Below are positions 62,596 through 64,000 of a stretch of 64,000 nucleotides of DNA, piece by piece; positions within the stretch are counted from its first letter, which is position 1, and the number at the start of each line of letters is the position of its first letter. Source of the stretch: Ginglymostoma cirratum. Lineage: Eukaryota. The translations under genes were made by a program, and so were the position numbers. Below the pieces are notes generated by a model, which worked only from the letters and a program-made list of their open reading frames with translations, searched no databases and was not told the origin of the DNA. The DNA is taken from assembly GCA_024137785.1 (NCBI GenBank), contig JAHRHZ010000018.1, positions 15,103,471 through 15,167,470 of the forward strand, written 5' to 3'.

Positions 62596-62872
62596 GTAAC
62601 ACTTGCATAATCTAAAATATTATCGAAACATTTGGAGTAAGTTTGTTGTTTTTCTGCTTTTGTGTGTTCAACACTATTTATTATTTATAAAGATGTACAT
62701 ATATGTATTTATAATTTAATAAGTTGCACAATAATGTCTCCTTAACATTGTAGGTTATTTAATTCTCTTGTGCTAATTAACTTGGAAGTAGTAACAAATA
62801 TGGTGACATTTTATTTTTCGCTTTCTGAAATGGTTGCATCATTCCTTTCATTCATCTCTATAAAAGCGCCTT

Positions 62873-62878
62873 AATAAA
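62873..62878 (+). terminator. candidate polyadenylation signal of FoxG gene
   Basis: First AATAAA seen after the stop codon, following the AU-rich TATTTATTATTTATA tract (~62675-62689). Confidence 0.45.
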
Positions 62879-64000
62879 CACAGACAAACAGGGGTTTCTA
62901 TAAGATTGGACCGCTGTGAAATATTTATTTCCTCTTCGAATGATCGTAGTCTTAAAATGCCGGCTCCTTGTTTGCACTGCTCAGGACTTTTTCCCCGAAA
63001 TATTTCAACAGAGACGGATAAATATGACCACAAGTTTCACATGTGCTTCATTTTTGGCGTGTGTGTGTGCATTGCAATGTCTTCAACACATTGAAACAGT
63101 GTGTTCGAACTTGAAAACAAAATTGCGAAAACTTTTTTTTTGGGCGACTCAGCCTGTTAAGGATTTCCTCAAAAAAACGTCTGGTTTGATATTTTGAAAG
63201 GGCAGAAGCCTGTTTCCGAAACTTGACTTATTTAAGTAGGTTGTTTTGATGGCAAGGCATTTGATTGGAGGCGAGAATCTTTATGAAAGCGATGATCTTG
63301 CTGGAAGTGTGAAATTGTATGGAGTTATAATGTGTGCCAAGACGAAGGGAGTGACAGAATTCCTCAGTCTGAGCGTCTGTAAAATTGTACATAGTCGCTC
63401 AGAGAAACACGTGTCGCCTCGCCTACATTAGACGGAGCATGCATTTTGGTTGTAATGTGGCCGAAGCTTCATGTCGAATACGATTTGCCCTGCAGTTTCT
63501 CTTCAAATTTTGTGTGTACAGTTTTTGTCATAACTGAAATCCGAGCTCCTCCGTTATAAATGTTCCCAACTCGGGAAGGAAGTTGTTTTGAGATTAATTT
63601 GAAACTGATGGAGTGAAGCAGACGCAGATCGAAATTGGGAAATACATTAGATTGAGCGGGAAGTTATCTATTCATCCCAGGCAATGACTTCCACGCAGTC
63701 CCACCGTTCAGCTATATGTTTAAGTGTTGTTGCTGAAGGTTTTGTTTTCTGATCGGTTTGCCAGTCAGGGTGGACACGAATCTCTCTGTGTGTCTCATTT
63801 CGCTCAGAGCTGGGAGTCCCTCCTCCCTCCCTGCTCCGTGCACTGAGGATGGTAAACATAGGGATTGATGCAAAACGTTGCTGACAGGACAAGTCTGAGG
63901 GCGAGCAGAGAGAAACCAGCAGAAGTCTATCTTGGTAGCTCCCGGTTATCCTCGTAATACTTCCGGGCAGACCATTGCTGAGGCGAAGAAACAGTAATTA

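Overview
Eukaryotic, repeat-rich vertebrate DNA. The HE1-like SINEs, CR1 LINEs and Neptune-type Penelope elements point to a shark, probably an orectolobiform; the taxon is inferred, not proven. Two host genes face away from each other about 57 kb apart. On the minus strand are coding exons 1-3 of an ARG1-type arginase with an N-terminal extension resembling a mitochondrial leader (4362->2126; the rest lies left of the window). On the plus strand is an intronless FoxG-family forkhead gene (61107..62216) that looks like a FoxG2/FoxG3-type paralog rather than FoxG1. Between them are nested, decayed TEs: CR1, a second LINE family, Tx1/L1, SINEs, a Gmr1-type Gypsy, a Copia, Harbinger and a hAT MITE. 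The strongest non-coding signal is a dozen or more minimal type-I hammerhead ribozyme motifs from about five Penelope-like families. Many sit in short (~85-225 bp) palindromic or half-arm insertions with 8-15 bp target-site duplications, and their fold-back or truncation points cluster at the ribozyme core. TE boundaries were read by eye and are approximate; no database searches were run.
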